Source of the DNA: Anaerovoracaceae bacterium
Lineage (GTDB): Bacteria > Bacillota > Clostridia > Peptostreptococcales > Anaerovoracaceae
Assembly (NCBI GenBank): GCA_051893555.1
Contig: JBJFHL010000062.1
Span: 34,250-98,249 of the forward strand
DNA: 64,000 nucleotides
Reading direction: 5' to 3'
A model generated the notes under the pieces. The model saw only the letters and a program-made list of their open reading frames with translations. It ran no database searches and was not told the origin of the DNA. The stretch's first letter is position 1, and each line of letters begins with the position of its first letter. A program made the translations under genes and the position numbers. Shown piece by piece: positions 47,701-56,902 of this stretch.

Positions 47701-48440
47701 ATGATGACAATTAAGGAAATGTCAGAATTGACAGGTGTCAGTGCACGGACACTTCGATATTATGACGAAATTGGATTATTCCATCCAAATGGGAGAAGCG
47801 AGGCCGGATACAGATTATATGATGAAAAAGAGTTGGAAGTGCTTCGACAGATTCTATACTTTCGTGAGCTTGACATCCCTCTGCGGATCATAAAAGAAAT
47901 CATTGAAAACCCTGCTCTTGACAGAAAAAGTATTTTGCAAACGCAGAAAAAGATGCTGATCTCAGAAAAAGAACGTCTGGAGCGTTTGATTGAAAGTATC
48001 GATGCGGCATTGAAAGGAGTAAGCACTATGGATTTTGCGGTTTTCAACAAAGAGGAATCTTCAAAAATGTTTTCGGCTATGCTTGAACATATGCCAAGAC
48101 TGTTGCGTGGTATGGTGGTAAAGAAACGTACATTAATACGGTTTTGAATCCATTGAGCGAGGAGATCAGGAAAGGATATAAAAGGCAGATCGATCATGTA
48201 CTCGATAAGTTATCCAAAAAACAGAAACAAGATATCAATAGCTTTGAAATTCGTGAGCTGATTGGAGAATATGGATTTGTACTAAAGCAGCTTTTGCAGA
48301 TAAAGGACGAAAAAAGCATGATGCTTGCACAGGCCGAAACATATCTTGATTTGAGAGTTGCAACGGTTACGGATGAGCAATATGAAGATGGGTTTTCCAA
48401 TTTCCTTCATCGTGCGATAATAGCATGTTATGAGAGATAA
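47701..48440 (+). pseudogene. MerR-family regulator with a TipAS-like C-terminal domain, split by a frameshift near 48087-48100
   Basis: The HTH MTIKEMSELTGVSARTLRYYDEIGL is in one frame. The continuation AKTVAWYGGKETY...ETYLDLRVATVTDEQYEDGFSNFLHRAII is in the +1 frame and is open from 48087. Confidence 0.6.
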
Positions 48441-48507
48441 GAGGATGCCCACAGCGCCACCGGTTTTTCGGGTGGGACAGCGTGCAGTGCTGAATCAGAG
48501 GTTGAAT

Positions 48508-49236
48508 ATGAAGAAAAAAACAAAAATAATACTTGCCGTGTGCTTGATTGCACTTCTTGTCATTGGAATCGGATCGTATGCCTATGTGTCCGACTACTAT
48601 CACGCGGATGAGATGGCCATGGAAGCTATGGCCATAAAGACGGATGATGTGCAGATCGAGCAGAACGGGGATGTAATTTGGTTTCTCCCCGAAAAGTCGA
48701 CGATTGGACTGATCTTTTACCCCGGAGGCAAGGTAGAATATACGGCATATGCGCCACTGCTGCGAGCCTGCGCGGAACAGGGAATCTCCTGTGCACTGGT
48801 GCAGATGCCAGGTAATCTGGCGGTGCTGGATGCTGACGCTGCAGACGGACTCCAACAAGAACATCCGGAAATCACCACCTGGTACATAGCAGGACACTCT
48901 TTGGGCGGGGCGATGGCTGCAAGCTATGCGGCGGCACATCACACGGATTTCGATGGATTGATTCTGCTGGCAGCTTATTCCACCAAGGATCTCACGCAGA
49001 CGACACTGAGAGTGCTTTCCGTCTATGGTTCAGAGGATGATGTGATGAATCGGGAAGCTTATGAAAAGAATCGTGCAAATCTTCCAGCGGATACCACGGA
49101 GTTGGTGCTGAATGGCGGCTGCCACGCTCAGTTTGGAAGCTACGGGCCACAGGATGGCGACGGTGTCCCCACGATTTCGGGAGAAGAACAGATCCGGCAA
49201 ACCGCAGATGCCATCTCGGCGTTCATCGGACGGTGA
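48508..49236 (+). CDS. alpha/beta hydrolase with an N-terminal membrane anchor
   Basis: TM KIILAVCLIALLVIGIG. Nucleophile elbow GHSLGG. Start at the ATG giving MKKKTKI. Confidence 0.75.
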   Translation: MKKKTKIILAVCLIALLVIGIGSYAYVSDYYHADEMAMEAMAIKTDDVQIEQNGDVIWFLPEKSTIGLIFYPGGKVEYTAYAPLLRACAEQGISCALVQMPGNLAVLDADAADGLQQEHPEITTWYIAGHSLGGAMAASYAAAHHTDFDGLILLAAYSTKDLTQTTLRVLSVYGSEDDVMNREAYEKNRANLPADTTELVLNGGCHAQFGSYGPQDGDGVPTISGEEQIRQTADAISAFIGR

Positions 49237-49269
49237 GGAAGCGCTGCGCTTTGGAGGATTTGACTGACG

Positions 49270-49685
49270 ATGGGAAAGGAACTGTTGGAGATGACGCTGG
49301 AAGAATTGTGGGAATTGTTTCCGATTTTTCTTGTCCAGCACGACGATAAGTGGGAAGACGACTACAAAGAGATAGAAGCCACAATAAAAAAACTGTTGCA
49401 AGACTATCCTGTTGAAAGGATCAGCCACATCGGCAGCACAGCGATACAGGGCATATGGGCAAAGTCAGATGCACCGGCGATAATGATGAACTGTATTTTC
49501 GTGACTATCTGAACGAGCATCCGCAGGTCGCAAAGGAGTATGAATCTTTGAAGCTGGAATTATGGAAGAAATATGAGCATAACAGAGACGCCTATACCGA
49601 TGCAAAAACGGAATTCATTCGGAAGTGGACAACAGAGGCTCGCAGGATATATGGCGATAGATATGGGATAAATCGGCTGATTTGA
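49270..49685 (+). pseudogene. GrpB-family gene with an internal out-of-frame deletion
   Basis: The N-terminal part (EELWELFPIFL...HIGSTAIQGIWAK) and the C-terminal part (GDNDELYFRDYLNEHPQVAKEYESLKLEL..YEHNRDAYTDAKTEFI) lie in different frames. The central segment of about 70 aa expected for GrpB is absent. Confidence 0.65.
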
Positions 49686-49703
49686 AGCTGAGGGAGGGGA
49701 ACG

Positions 49704-50315
49704 ATGGGACGGAAATGCAAAGAATTCTTCGCAAAACATAAAGTCGCGGCGTTTTTTGTCGTCATTGGCATTGTGGCGATTTTGGGGCTTACGATGTCCA
49801 ATCGAATAAGCGGCAGATTCTCTGGAAGCGGCGCAGCAGGAGCCGATCTGATTCAGGAGATGAAAACGATTTACGGAGAAGATCATCCAAAGAAAATCGA
49901 ATGTCTTTCAAAAGAAGGAGAATGTGAAGAATGGGAATATGAACAGGTACAGTATACAGTAGAACCCATCAGAGAGTTCCGTTTCGGAAAAAAGAAGACT
50001 TTCGGTGAAGCAGGCGAAAAATTAGGGCTGGAAGATCTGGAAAAAATAGCGGAGTGCTTCGAAATCGAGATACCGCAAGACGGAATCCTGGACAATCAGC
50101 CGATTGGAAAGAGTATTTCAGGAGCACTCTACAAGGTAACAGCTACCTTCACGCGGTGGACGGAGGTAAACGGCGCAGAAGAAACAAATGATGTAACTGT
50201 ATCGAACAAGCGCGTCGTGAAAGAAGTGACACATTATGGAATCAATCCTTATGAAAATTCTGTCCGCGCCATGCTTATTGACGGTGGACATTCAGAAGGG
50301 AAGCTTAATCGATAG
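49704..50315 (+). CDS. hypothetical membrane-anchored protein
   Basis: 203-aa ORF with an N-terminal TM (VAAFFVVIGIVAILGL). No family recognised. Confidence 0.5.
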   Translation: MGRKCKEFFAKHKVAAFFVVIGIVAILGLTMSNRISGRFSGSGAAGADLIQEMKTIYGEDHPKKIECLSKEGECEEWEYEQVQYTVEPIREFRFGKKKTFGEAGEKLGLEDLEKIAECFEIEIPQDGILDNQPIGKSISGALYKVTATFTRWTEVNGAEETNDVTVSNKRVVKEVTHYGINPYENSVRAMLIDGGHSEGKLNR

Positions 50316-50353
50316 AAAACAGCTAGATCGGGATTTGAGGAGGTCCAGGGAAA

Positions 50354-50593
50354 ATGACATTGAAAGATATTAGTAATGGGCCTGAGTGGGTGTTATGGGT
50401 AGTATTTTGGCTTTTTTTGATGATCAGTATTGTATTCATCTCCGGACATGGCGAAAATCTGATTGCAGGGTATAATACTGCAAGCAAAGAAGAGAAAAGC
50501 AGGTACAATACAAAAAAACTATGCCGTGTAGTAGGTGCGGGGTTCTTAATCATCACGCTGATGATTCTGGCTAATACAATATGCAGAAAATGA
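50354..50593 (+). CDS. small membrane protein, DUF3784-like
   Basis: NLIAGYNTASKEEKSRYNTKKLCRVVG flanked by TM helices. The family name is from memory. Confidence 0.55.
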   Translation: MTLKDISNGPEWVLWVVFWLFLMISIVFISGHGENLIAGYNTASKEEKSRYNTKKLCRVVGAGFLIITLMILANTICRK

Positions 50594-50634
50594 TAATGAG
50601 GTGCAGGATACAGTAAAGCTTTGGAAATGCTTGA

Positions 50635-50796
50635 CTCCTACAATCATATTTCGTAACAAAAAATCATAGTTTTCTGGATGGAAACAAGAGAATTGCAGCT
50701 ACATTGTTTCTGTATTTTCTGGATAAGAACGGTGTGCTGTTTATAAATGATGATTACAGTTATTATGAATTGTTTAAGGCCTTAAACGCGGAATAA
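50635..50796 (+). pseudogene. remnant of a Fic/Doc-family gene (C-terminal fragment)
   Basis: The frame opens right after a TGA and reads ...KNHSFLDGNKRIAATLFLYFLDKNGVLF..., which is the Fic core HxFxDGN(G/K)R. There is no start codon or N-terminal part. Confidence 0.55.
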
Positions 50797-50801
50797 TAAT
50801 C

Positions 50802-51236
50802 ATGTCAAAATCGAAATTTGCGGAGGAATTTGAGATGGAAATCAGAGAATATAAAGAGTATAAGGCAGATGATATCCGGTGCCTTTATACAGAGGTTGGC
50901 TGGACTGCATATACGGAGAATATGGCGGTGTTGGAGCAGGGGTATAGGCATTCGCTGCTGGTCCTGGCAGCATACGAAGATGATGAATTGCTTGGGATTA
51001 TAAGGGCCGTTGGTGATGGTTTTACCATTGTATTTATTCAGGATATTTTGGTGTATCCGAAAAAGCAGCGTCAGGGGATTGGGACAGCTTTGATAAATGC
51101 AGTTCTGAACCGATATCCCGCTGTTCGGCAAATTCAACTGACAACAGACAACACACCTAAAACAGTGGCTTTCTATCAATCGCTGGGCTTCTCTGAATAC
51201 TCTGAGATAGGCTGTTGCGGATTTATGAGATGTTGA
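50802..51236 (+). CDS. GNAT-family N-acetyltransferase
   Basis: Acetyl-CoA binding motif QRQGIGTALINAVL. Confidence 0.8.
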   Translation: MSKSKFAEEFEMEIREYKEYKADDIRCLYTEVGWTAYTENMAVLEQGYRHSLLVLAAYEDDELLGIIRAVGDGFTIVFIQDILVYPKKQRQGIGTALINAVLNRYPAVRQIQLTTDNTPKTVAFYQSLGFSEYSEIGCCGFMRC

Positions 51237-51263
51237 CAAATCAAAAGTTATAAAGGTGGTGAA

Positions 51264-51671
51264 GTGCCTGTGAAATGTGTTGTCTTTTATGAATGCTGGC
51301 AAATGGAATGTTGTGGAACACCATTTTCTATAGGAGACATAGTAAAGTGGCCTGTTATGAAACCAGAGTGTTTTACATCTCCTATTGATGTAGGTGTAAT
51401 TGATTATATATATCAAGCTCATAGTTCGGAATGGGAAAAAATATATGTATTAGAAGGCAAAGTTGAGATAATTAAGACTTTATATCAAAGATATGCACCA
51501 TCTGAACATAATATTCGTTTCTTAGTGCCTGTGGATGGGGAGTTGATTGAAGTAAAAAAAGCAAAAGGTTTTGACAATCAGTTCAAAGAAATGGAAGCAA
51601 GTGGGTATGTTGTTACTTTAAATGATTTTTTATTTCGACCTGCAAAAAAAGAAGAAGTAACTTTTAGATAA
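51264..51671 (+). CDS. hypothetical protein (WQMECCGTPF motif)
   Basis: 135-aa ORF. The N-terminal YECWQMECCGTPFSIGD motif resembles a DUF family (DUF6578-like, from memory). Confidence 0.5.
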   Translation: MPVKCVVFYECWQMECCGTPFSIGDIVKWPVMKPECFTSPIDVGVIDYIYQAHSSEWEKIYVLEGKVEIIKTLYQRYAPSEHNIRFLVPVDGELIEVKKAKGFDNQFKEMEASGYVVTLNDFLFRPAKKEEVTFR

Positions 51672-51695
51672 ACCGGAATTTGTCGAGGTGATGAT

Positions 51696-52004
51696 ATGTG
51701 CAAAAATAAGAAATTGGTACTTCGGATTATTGCTGTCTCATTGATTGCTTTGGGACTGGTATTGAGTGTTACATGGAATGGCGTTAGGTATTGCATCGGT
51801 GATGAACTTTTTGTTGCATTAGGTATATCACCGTGGTCAAATGGCTCAAGTGGAACACACTATCCTGCTGTTATTGGTTGCTTTGTCATTTTAGTTGGAA
51901 TTAGCATGTTGAACTTGACCTTAAATAAAAAAACTCGATTGTGGATTTGGACTACAGTTATTCTGTTACTCATTGTTTATAACTTAATTATCACTTATAT
52001 GTAA
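51696..52004 (+). CDS. hypothetical small membrane protein
   Basis: 102 aa with three hydrophobic helices. Confidence 0.45.
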   Translation: MCKNKKLVLRIIAVSLIALGLVLSVTWNGVRYCIGDELFVALGISPWSNGSSGTHYPAVIGCFVILVGISMLNLTLNKKTRLWIWTTVILLLIVYNLIITYM

Positions 52005-52067
52005 TTGACCAATTCCGGTTTTAAAATCTGGAGGAATCGGAAAATCTGGATTACAGGAGTAAAATCA

Positions 52068-52751
52068 ATGAAAACGTATCAAAAGTTTTTACGGCTTGGC
52101 ATCAGCCTTGCATCGGTTGGAATTGAAACGGGGAACGATGATGTATTATACTTTTGTACACCAAAGGGAGCGTCCTTCATTGGCTGGGCTGTAATAGATG
52201 GTATCCACTACTGCTTTATTCGAGGCTTCGGGGAAATGGTTTTTGCGGTCAGTCCCATGAATACTGCCCCTGATTTTGTACACCCTCTGGCAGAGAATTT
52301 TACGGACTTCCTGCGTTTGCTGTTGGCATGTGGAGATGCGGCTGCTTTGGAACAGGCATGGATGTGGGATAAAGCACAGTTTGAATCCTATTTGAAAGAG
52401 AATCCTGCAACCGAAAATCAGAAGAAAACCCTGGCTGAGATTGCTGATAAGATGAAACTGACGGCATTAAAGCAGCCGTGGGAGTATATCAAGTCACTGC
52501 AATCATCCTTTGATTACAGCAAGATTAGGTACACGGAAGAGTATTACGACATAGATTTGAACCCGTCAGCAGAACCTGCTGCTCCGGAATGGAAGGTCCA
52601 TTTTGAAGGTAACTTCTGGGGGCATCAGGGAAGGGATCACGCCGGAAAGATAATTTCCATTGGAAAGCAGTTTGAGTGGGCGGGACACCATTGGCTGATC
52701 CCTGCAGCTTACTCCTGCAGCTTACTCCTGCAGCAAGGGCTTGGTTCTTGA
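52068..52751 (+). CDS. hypothetical protein, 3' end altered by a 13-bp tandem duplication
   Basis: ATG at 52068 follows ACAGGAG. The duplication tgcagcttactcc x2 at 52703-52728 changes the frame 7 codons before the stop. Confidence 0.5.
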   Translation: MKTYQKFLRLGISLASVGIETGNDDVLYFCTPKGASFIGWAVIDGIHYCFIRGFGEMVFAVSPMNTAPDFVHPLAENFTDFLRLLLACGDAAALEQAWMWDKAQFESYLKENPATENQKKTLAEIADKMKLTALKQPWEYIKSLQSSFDYSKIRYTEEYYDIDLNPSAEPAAPEWKVHFEGNFWGHQGRDHAGKIISIGKQFEWAGHHWLIPAAYSCSLLLQQGLGS

Positions 52752-52854
52752 TTTTTGTATGCGTGTTGAGACAGATGAAATCCGTGCTTTCATGAAAAAG
52801 TGGAATCAAAATTGTGAGAGTGACACATGTGAAAACCATACACGGGAGTAGCAG

Positions 52855-53283
52855 ATGGAACTGGAGATGGACGATCCATTATGCCTTCATTTCAATCCAC
52901 GACTGGAGCTGAACGGGCATGCGCTGCGTACATCTCACGGCTGCGCCGTGACATATAATCCCTGTCTGCCGGATGGAACCGGCATTGAGTTGGAAGCAAA
53001 ATGGGTTGTGGAGCATTATGGTCTGGATACTTCATACGGTTGGGTCATTTGCAGAGATTCCTTTGAACCAACTGTGAGCGGAGATACTGCCTGTGTCGGA
53101 ATGATCGGTGGAGCAGACGGACCAACAGCAATTGCGTTTGGAGGAAGTTCACAAGGCAAGCTCTGCGCTGCGTGTTCTGCATTGCATTTCGAACCTGTGC
53201 AGCATGACATTGCGTGGCGAATTATATTTCATGAAAAAAGATATATTGATTGTTCCATTCTACTAATGAATGGAAGCGTTTGA
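52855..53283 (+). CDS. hypothetical protein (possibly the C-terminal part of the preceding disrupted gene)
   Basis: 142-aa ORF. It is in the same frame the upstream gene would adopt without the 13-bp duplication, separated from it by one TAG at 52849. Confidence 0.45.
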   Translation: MELEMDDPLCLHFNPRLELNGHALRTSHGCAVTYNPCLPDGTGIELEAKWVVEHYGLDTSYGWVICRDSFEPTVSGDTACVGMIGGADGPTAIAFGGSSQGKLCAACSALHFEPVQHDIAWRIIFHEKRYIDCSILLMNGSV

Positions 53284-53382
53284 AAATACAGAACATGCAG
53301 AGCCGATACCGATTGATGAAGAAAACGGCTTCATTCCGAGTAATCTTATCTAAACCATATCTTAATCTTAGGAGGAAAAATT

Positions 53383-53865
53383 ATGTTCAGACCGATTCGA
53401 AAAAAGGTAAATGAAATCAGCATTGACATGGCGAAGGAGCTGCTTCGCTGTTCTCGACGGGGTATTCTGGCAGTACAGGGTGATAATGGGTATCCCTATG
53501 CCATACCAATCAATTATCTGTATGATGAAGATACAGAGACAATTCTTTTTCATGGCGCGAAGGCAGGGCACAAAGTGGATTCTTTGAAAGCGTGTGACAA
53601 GGTATGTTTTACTGTTTACGGAAACGAAACGGTAAGAGATAAAGCCTGGGCACCATATGTGCAGAGTACGGTTGTCTTTGGAAGATGTCACCTGATTGGG
53701 CATGACGAGAGTGAGCATGCAGAGGAACTATTAAAAAAATTTGCAATGAAATATTATCCAAATGAGGATATGGTTCTTGAAGAAATTGCAGCCTCAGGCA
53801 AGGCAACCCAGATGTTTCAGATTGAGATCGAACATATCAGCGGCAAAGAAGTGCAGGAAATATAA
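53383..53865 (+). CDS. pyridoxamine 5'-phosphate oxidase-family flavoprotein (NimA-like)
   Basis: MFRPIRKK..., GILAVQGDNGYPYAIPINY and ILFHGAKAGHK, typical of the split-barrel flavin-binding family. Confidence 0.78.
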   Translation: MFRPIRKKVNEISIDMAKELLRCSRRGILAVQGDNGYPYAIPINYLYDEDTETILFHGAKAGHKVDSLKACDKVCFTVYGNETVRDKAWAPYVQSTVVFGRCHLIGHDESEHAEELLKKFAMKYYPNEDMVLEEIAASGKATQMFQIEIEHISGKEVQEI

Positions 53866-53924
53866 GTTCTGATTTTATTTGTAATACACAGGGATGCACC
53901 AGGGGCAGAAGGGGGATTTCGAAT

Positions 53925-54395
53925 ATGCTTAAGATTACTACACCAAGTTTTATTGAAGGCGGATGGATACCTGATTATCATGCAGGATTTGGAGAAGATC
54001 AATCTCCGGAATTTCATATCGAAGGAATTGACGAAAACGCAGAAACCATGGTGATTACTTTGGATGATCTTGGTCATCCTATCGAACCGGGATACAATCA
54101 TTGGATCGCCTGGAACATTGCGCCTGCCGAATGTATTCCGGGTGGCATTGCCAAAGGAAGTGTTATTGAAGAACCGATACATATGGAACAGGGAATCGCT
54201 TATGGAAAACACTGTTATCGAGGACCAAAGCCTCCGTTCAACTGGAATCATGAGTATGTCTTCACCCTTTATACGCTGGATTGCAAATTAGAGGCAAACG
54301 AAACGTCAAAAAAAGAAGACATTCTGAAATTAGCAGAAGGGCACATTCTTCAAAAAGCGGAGCTGAGAGGAAGATATCAGCGTAAACATCGATGA
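53925..54395 (+). CDS. YbhB/YbcL-family PEBP (Raf kinase inhibitor-like) protein
   Basis: Motifs SPEFHI, HWIAWNI, YRGPKPP and HEYVFTLYTLD. Confidence 0.85.
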   Translation: MLKITTPSFIEGGWIPDYHAGFGEDQSPEFHIEGIDENAETMVITLDDLGHPIEPGYNHWIAWNIAPAECIPGGIAKGSVIEEPIHMEQGIAYGKHCYRGPKPPFNWNHEYVFTLYTLDCKLEANETSKKEDILKLAEGHILQKAELRGRYQRKHR

Positions 54396-54413
54396 GGAAA
54401 GGAATACATAACC

Positions 54414-55337
54414 ATGATAAATGAAACATTTGAATTTGACGGGTATCAGGGGTTCTCGCTTCCTGCCACATTATGGCTGCCGGAGCAGGAGCCGAGGTGC
54501 ATTTTGCAGATTGCTCATGGGATGACGGAACATATTGGCCGTTACACGGCCTTGGCCCAGGAATTAACGGAACATCACATTATTGTGGCAGGGTTTGACC
54601 TACGAGGGCATGGAAGAAATCCCGGAGACCCTGACATTGCTTCCTTTGGCGAAGACGGCTGGGAGGCCTCCATCCAGGACATGCACATGTTCTTTGAGGT
54701 TCTGGCAGAACGTTTTCCTGAAATTCCACATTTTATGTTGGGTTTCTCGCTCGGTTCCTTTCTCCTGCGGGAATACCTTGGCCGCTATTCGGAAAACGTG
54801 GCAGGTGCCGCCATTCTGGGGACTGGCTTCCAGCCAGGACCGGTGTTGGATATTATGATGACAATTGTAAAAAGCCAGATTAGAAAGGCCGGTTTTGATG
54901 GCACCACCGACCTTGTCAAGCAGCTATCCTTCGGCAATTATAATCAGAAATTCAAGCCAAACCGGACGATTGCCGATTGGCTCTGTGCCGATGACGCACA
55001 GCTTGATGCTTATCTTTCCGATTCCCTGTGCCGAAAAACCATCTCTGCAGGTCTATTTTGGCAGCTTTTAGGCGCCATGAAGCGCACCGGAAGCAAGGAC
55101 GCCTATCACGGCTGGAATAAAGATACGCCAATCCTGCTGCTGTCCGGTCAGGAGGATCCTGTGGGCGATTACGGAAAGGGCGTACTTTCCGTCAAGCAGC
55201 GTATGGAGAAAGCTGGCATTTGCAGCGTTTCCATGCAGCTGTTCCCAAATGCCCGTCACGATCTGCTGCATGAAGAATCCACCGCAGCTCCATCTGCGAG
55301 AGATTCACTGCTTGACTGGATTTCCCGCCTGCTGTAA
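54414..55337 (+). CDS. alpha/beta hydrolase (lysophospholipase/monoacylglycerol lipase-like)
   Basis: Motifs HGMTEHIGRY, GFSLGS nucleophile elbow and a C-terminal ARHDLLHE. Confidence 0.8.
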   Translation: MINETFEFDGYQGFSLPATLWLPEQEPRCILQIAHGMTEHIGRYTALAQELTEHHIIVAGFDLRGHGRNPGDPDIASFGEDGWEASIQDMHMFFEVLAERFPEIPHFMLGFSLGSFLLREYLGRYSENVAGAAILGTGFQPGPVLDIMMTIVKSQIRKAGFDGTTDLVKQLSFGNYNQKFKPNRTIADWLCADDAQLDAYLSDSLCRKTISAGLFWQLLGAMKRTGSKDAYHGWNKDTPILLLSGQEDPVGDYGKGVLSVKQRMEKAGICSVSMQLFPNARHDLLHEESTAAPSARDSLLDWISRLL

Positions 55338-55433
55338 TGGATAACCTTACAACATGTTAATATGTGTTGCTTGCGGCAACGGGCAGGTTCTCATACAATC
55401 GAGGTAACAACGGAAAGAAAGAAGGTTATCCAG

Positions 55434-55943
55434 ATGTTAAATGAAAACTTAAAAGCGGTCAGAAAATCAAAAGGACTTTCGCAGGAAGAACTTGCCATTA
55501 AGTTGAACGTGGTGCGTCAGACCATCTCGAAATGGGAGCAGGGACTGTCTGTTCCGGATTCGGATATGTTAATTTCCATATCGGAAGCACTTGAAACACC
55601 TGTAAGCACGTTGCTTGGAGAAACGATTACCGAAACGAAAGCGGATGAATTAAAGGCGATTTCCGAAAAACTGGAAATTATAAACTTACAGCTGGCACAA
55701 AGGAAAAACACAAGGCGAAACATACTCCATTGGCTGTTTATCACATTGTGTGCAGTCATGGTCATCATTTCTGCGGTCTTGTTTTTTTTCAACAGTCCTT
55801 ACCTGGACTGGGATTACAGTGATCCGGAAACCGCTGTTGCCGGAACAGCTTTACACGCATTTGAATGGCTGTTTGTCAGAGCGGCACCGATTCTTCTTAC
55901 AGGGGCAATCGTTGGAATTATCCTGACGCGAAAGAAAGTATAG
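55434..55943 (+). CDS. XRE-family HTH regulator with C-terminal TM helices
   Basis: HTH LKAVRKSKGLSQEELAIKLNVVRQTISKWEQG followed by two hydrophobic helices. Confidence 0.8.
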   Translation: MLNENLKAVRKSKGLSQEELAIKLNVVRQTISKWEQGLSVPDSDMLISISEALETPVSTLLGETITETKADELKAISEKLEIINLQLAQRKNTRRNILHWLFITLCAVMVIISAVLFFFNSPYLDWDYSDPETAVAGTALHAFEWLFVRAAPILLTGAIVGIILTRKKV

Positions 55944-56004
55944 AGGTGAAACGTTTTGCCATCAGTTCTTTGCATAAATAATGAACTTCAGGAGGGAGAA
56001 TATT

Positions 56005-56412
56005 ATGAAGAAGAAAATGATTTTGGTTGTAATTGCAGTGTTGATCCTTGGAATTGTAATATTTCTTGCAAGCCCGCAGCTGCGTGTCAAAGCTTTTGTG
56101 AGCCTGTACGGCGATAAGATCGAAGCCGGGCTGCAGAATGGCAGCGGGATTCCCGGTCATTTAGGTGAGTATAGTTTCAATACCTGGGAAGGTGAACATG
56201 ACATGCTGGAATTTGTACTCTTTACAAGAGGAGACACGTATTATGGGTGTTACTATTCCTATGATAATGTTCCACTTGCCTTTCAGAATACGGAAGCGGA
56301 ACTGACGCAAAATGGTCATGATTATTGGGAATGGTCTGCCGAAAATGGCAGTCATGGCTCTACATCTGAGATAACGGACCACTGGTACTACTTTGAAGCG
56401 GCATTCGAATAA
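56005..56412 (+). CDS. hypothetical membrane-anchored protein
   Basis: ATG after AGGAGGGA. N-terminal TM MILVVIAVLILGIVIFL. Confidence 0.5.
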   Translation: MKKKMILVVIAVLILGIVIFLASPQLRVKAFVSLYGDKIEAGLQNGSGIPGHLGEYSFNTWEGEHDMLEFVLFTRGDTYYGCYYSYDNVPLAFQNTEAELTQNGHDYWEWSAENGSHGSTSEITDHWYYFEAAFE

Positions 56413-56426
56413 CATAGCTATATGGC

Positions 56427-56460
56427 AAAAAGGACAGTTCGTACGAAGCTGTCCTTTCTG
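56427..56460. terminator. bidirectional terminator
   Basis: aaaaaggacag...ctgtcctttct between convergent genes. Confidence 0.6.
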
Positions 56461-56545
56461 CATTTATCCAAATTTGATTGTCGTGCGCTGCGGCGCGTGT
56501 GTCACGCAGTATCAGCGCTTCAGGTGAGTTTCTGAAAACTCGGTC

Positions 56546-56746
56546 CTACTTACCGGCTAACTGTCTTTCAGCCATTTCGACCAGTCTCTTGGTCATATAA
56601 CCGCCGACATAGCCATTCTGTCTTGCAGTCAGGTTGCCCTTGTCCTGCTGTTCATAGTTCGCCAGGCCAAGTTCATTGGCAATCTCTGTCTTCAGACTGT
56701 TTAATGCAGGTTTTGCATTCACATTCATCTTATCTTGTAATGACAT
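56546..56746 (-). CDS. alpha/beta-type small acid-soluble spore protein
   Basis: LKTEIANELGL and TARQNGYVGGYMTKRLVEMAE match SASP signatures. ATG at 56746 follows AGGAGG. Confidence 0.88.
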   Translation of the reverse strand: MSLQDKMNVNAKPALNSLKTEIANELGLANYEQQDKGNLTARQNGYVGGYMTKRLVEMAERQLAGK

Positions 56747-56902
56747 GTTTTGTTCACCTCCTATTACATTCATAGTGTTGCACCGGTGCGTTCTTTTTAT
56801 GACTTGAAATAAATGGCGGTGTTAGTAGACAGCTCCCATTGATTTTCTGCGGCAGATAGGTTAATATATATAGAAGAAAATTTTTTTATGAGGTGAATGC
56901 TT

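Noticed and set aside
56747-56896. Sigma-G type forespore promoter upstream of the SASP gene
   Set aside because: It is expected biologically, but I could not align a convincing GNATR-17/18-CATNNTA pair in the sequence.
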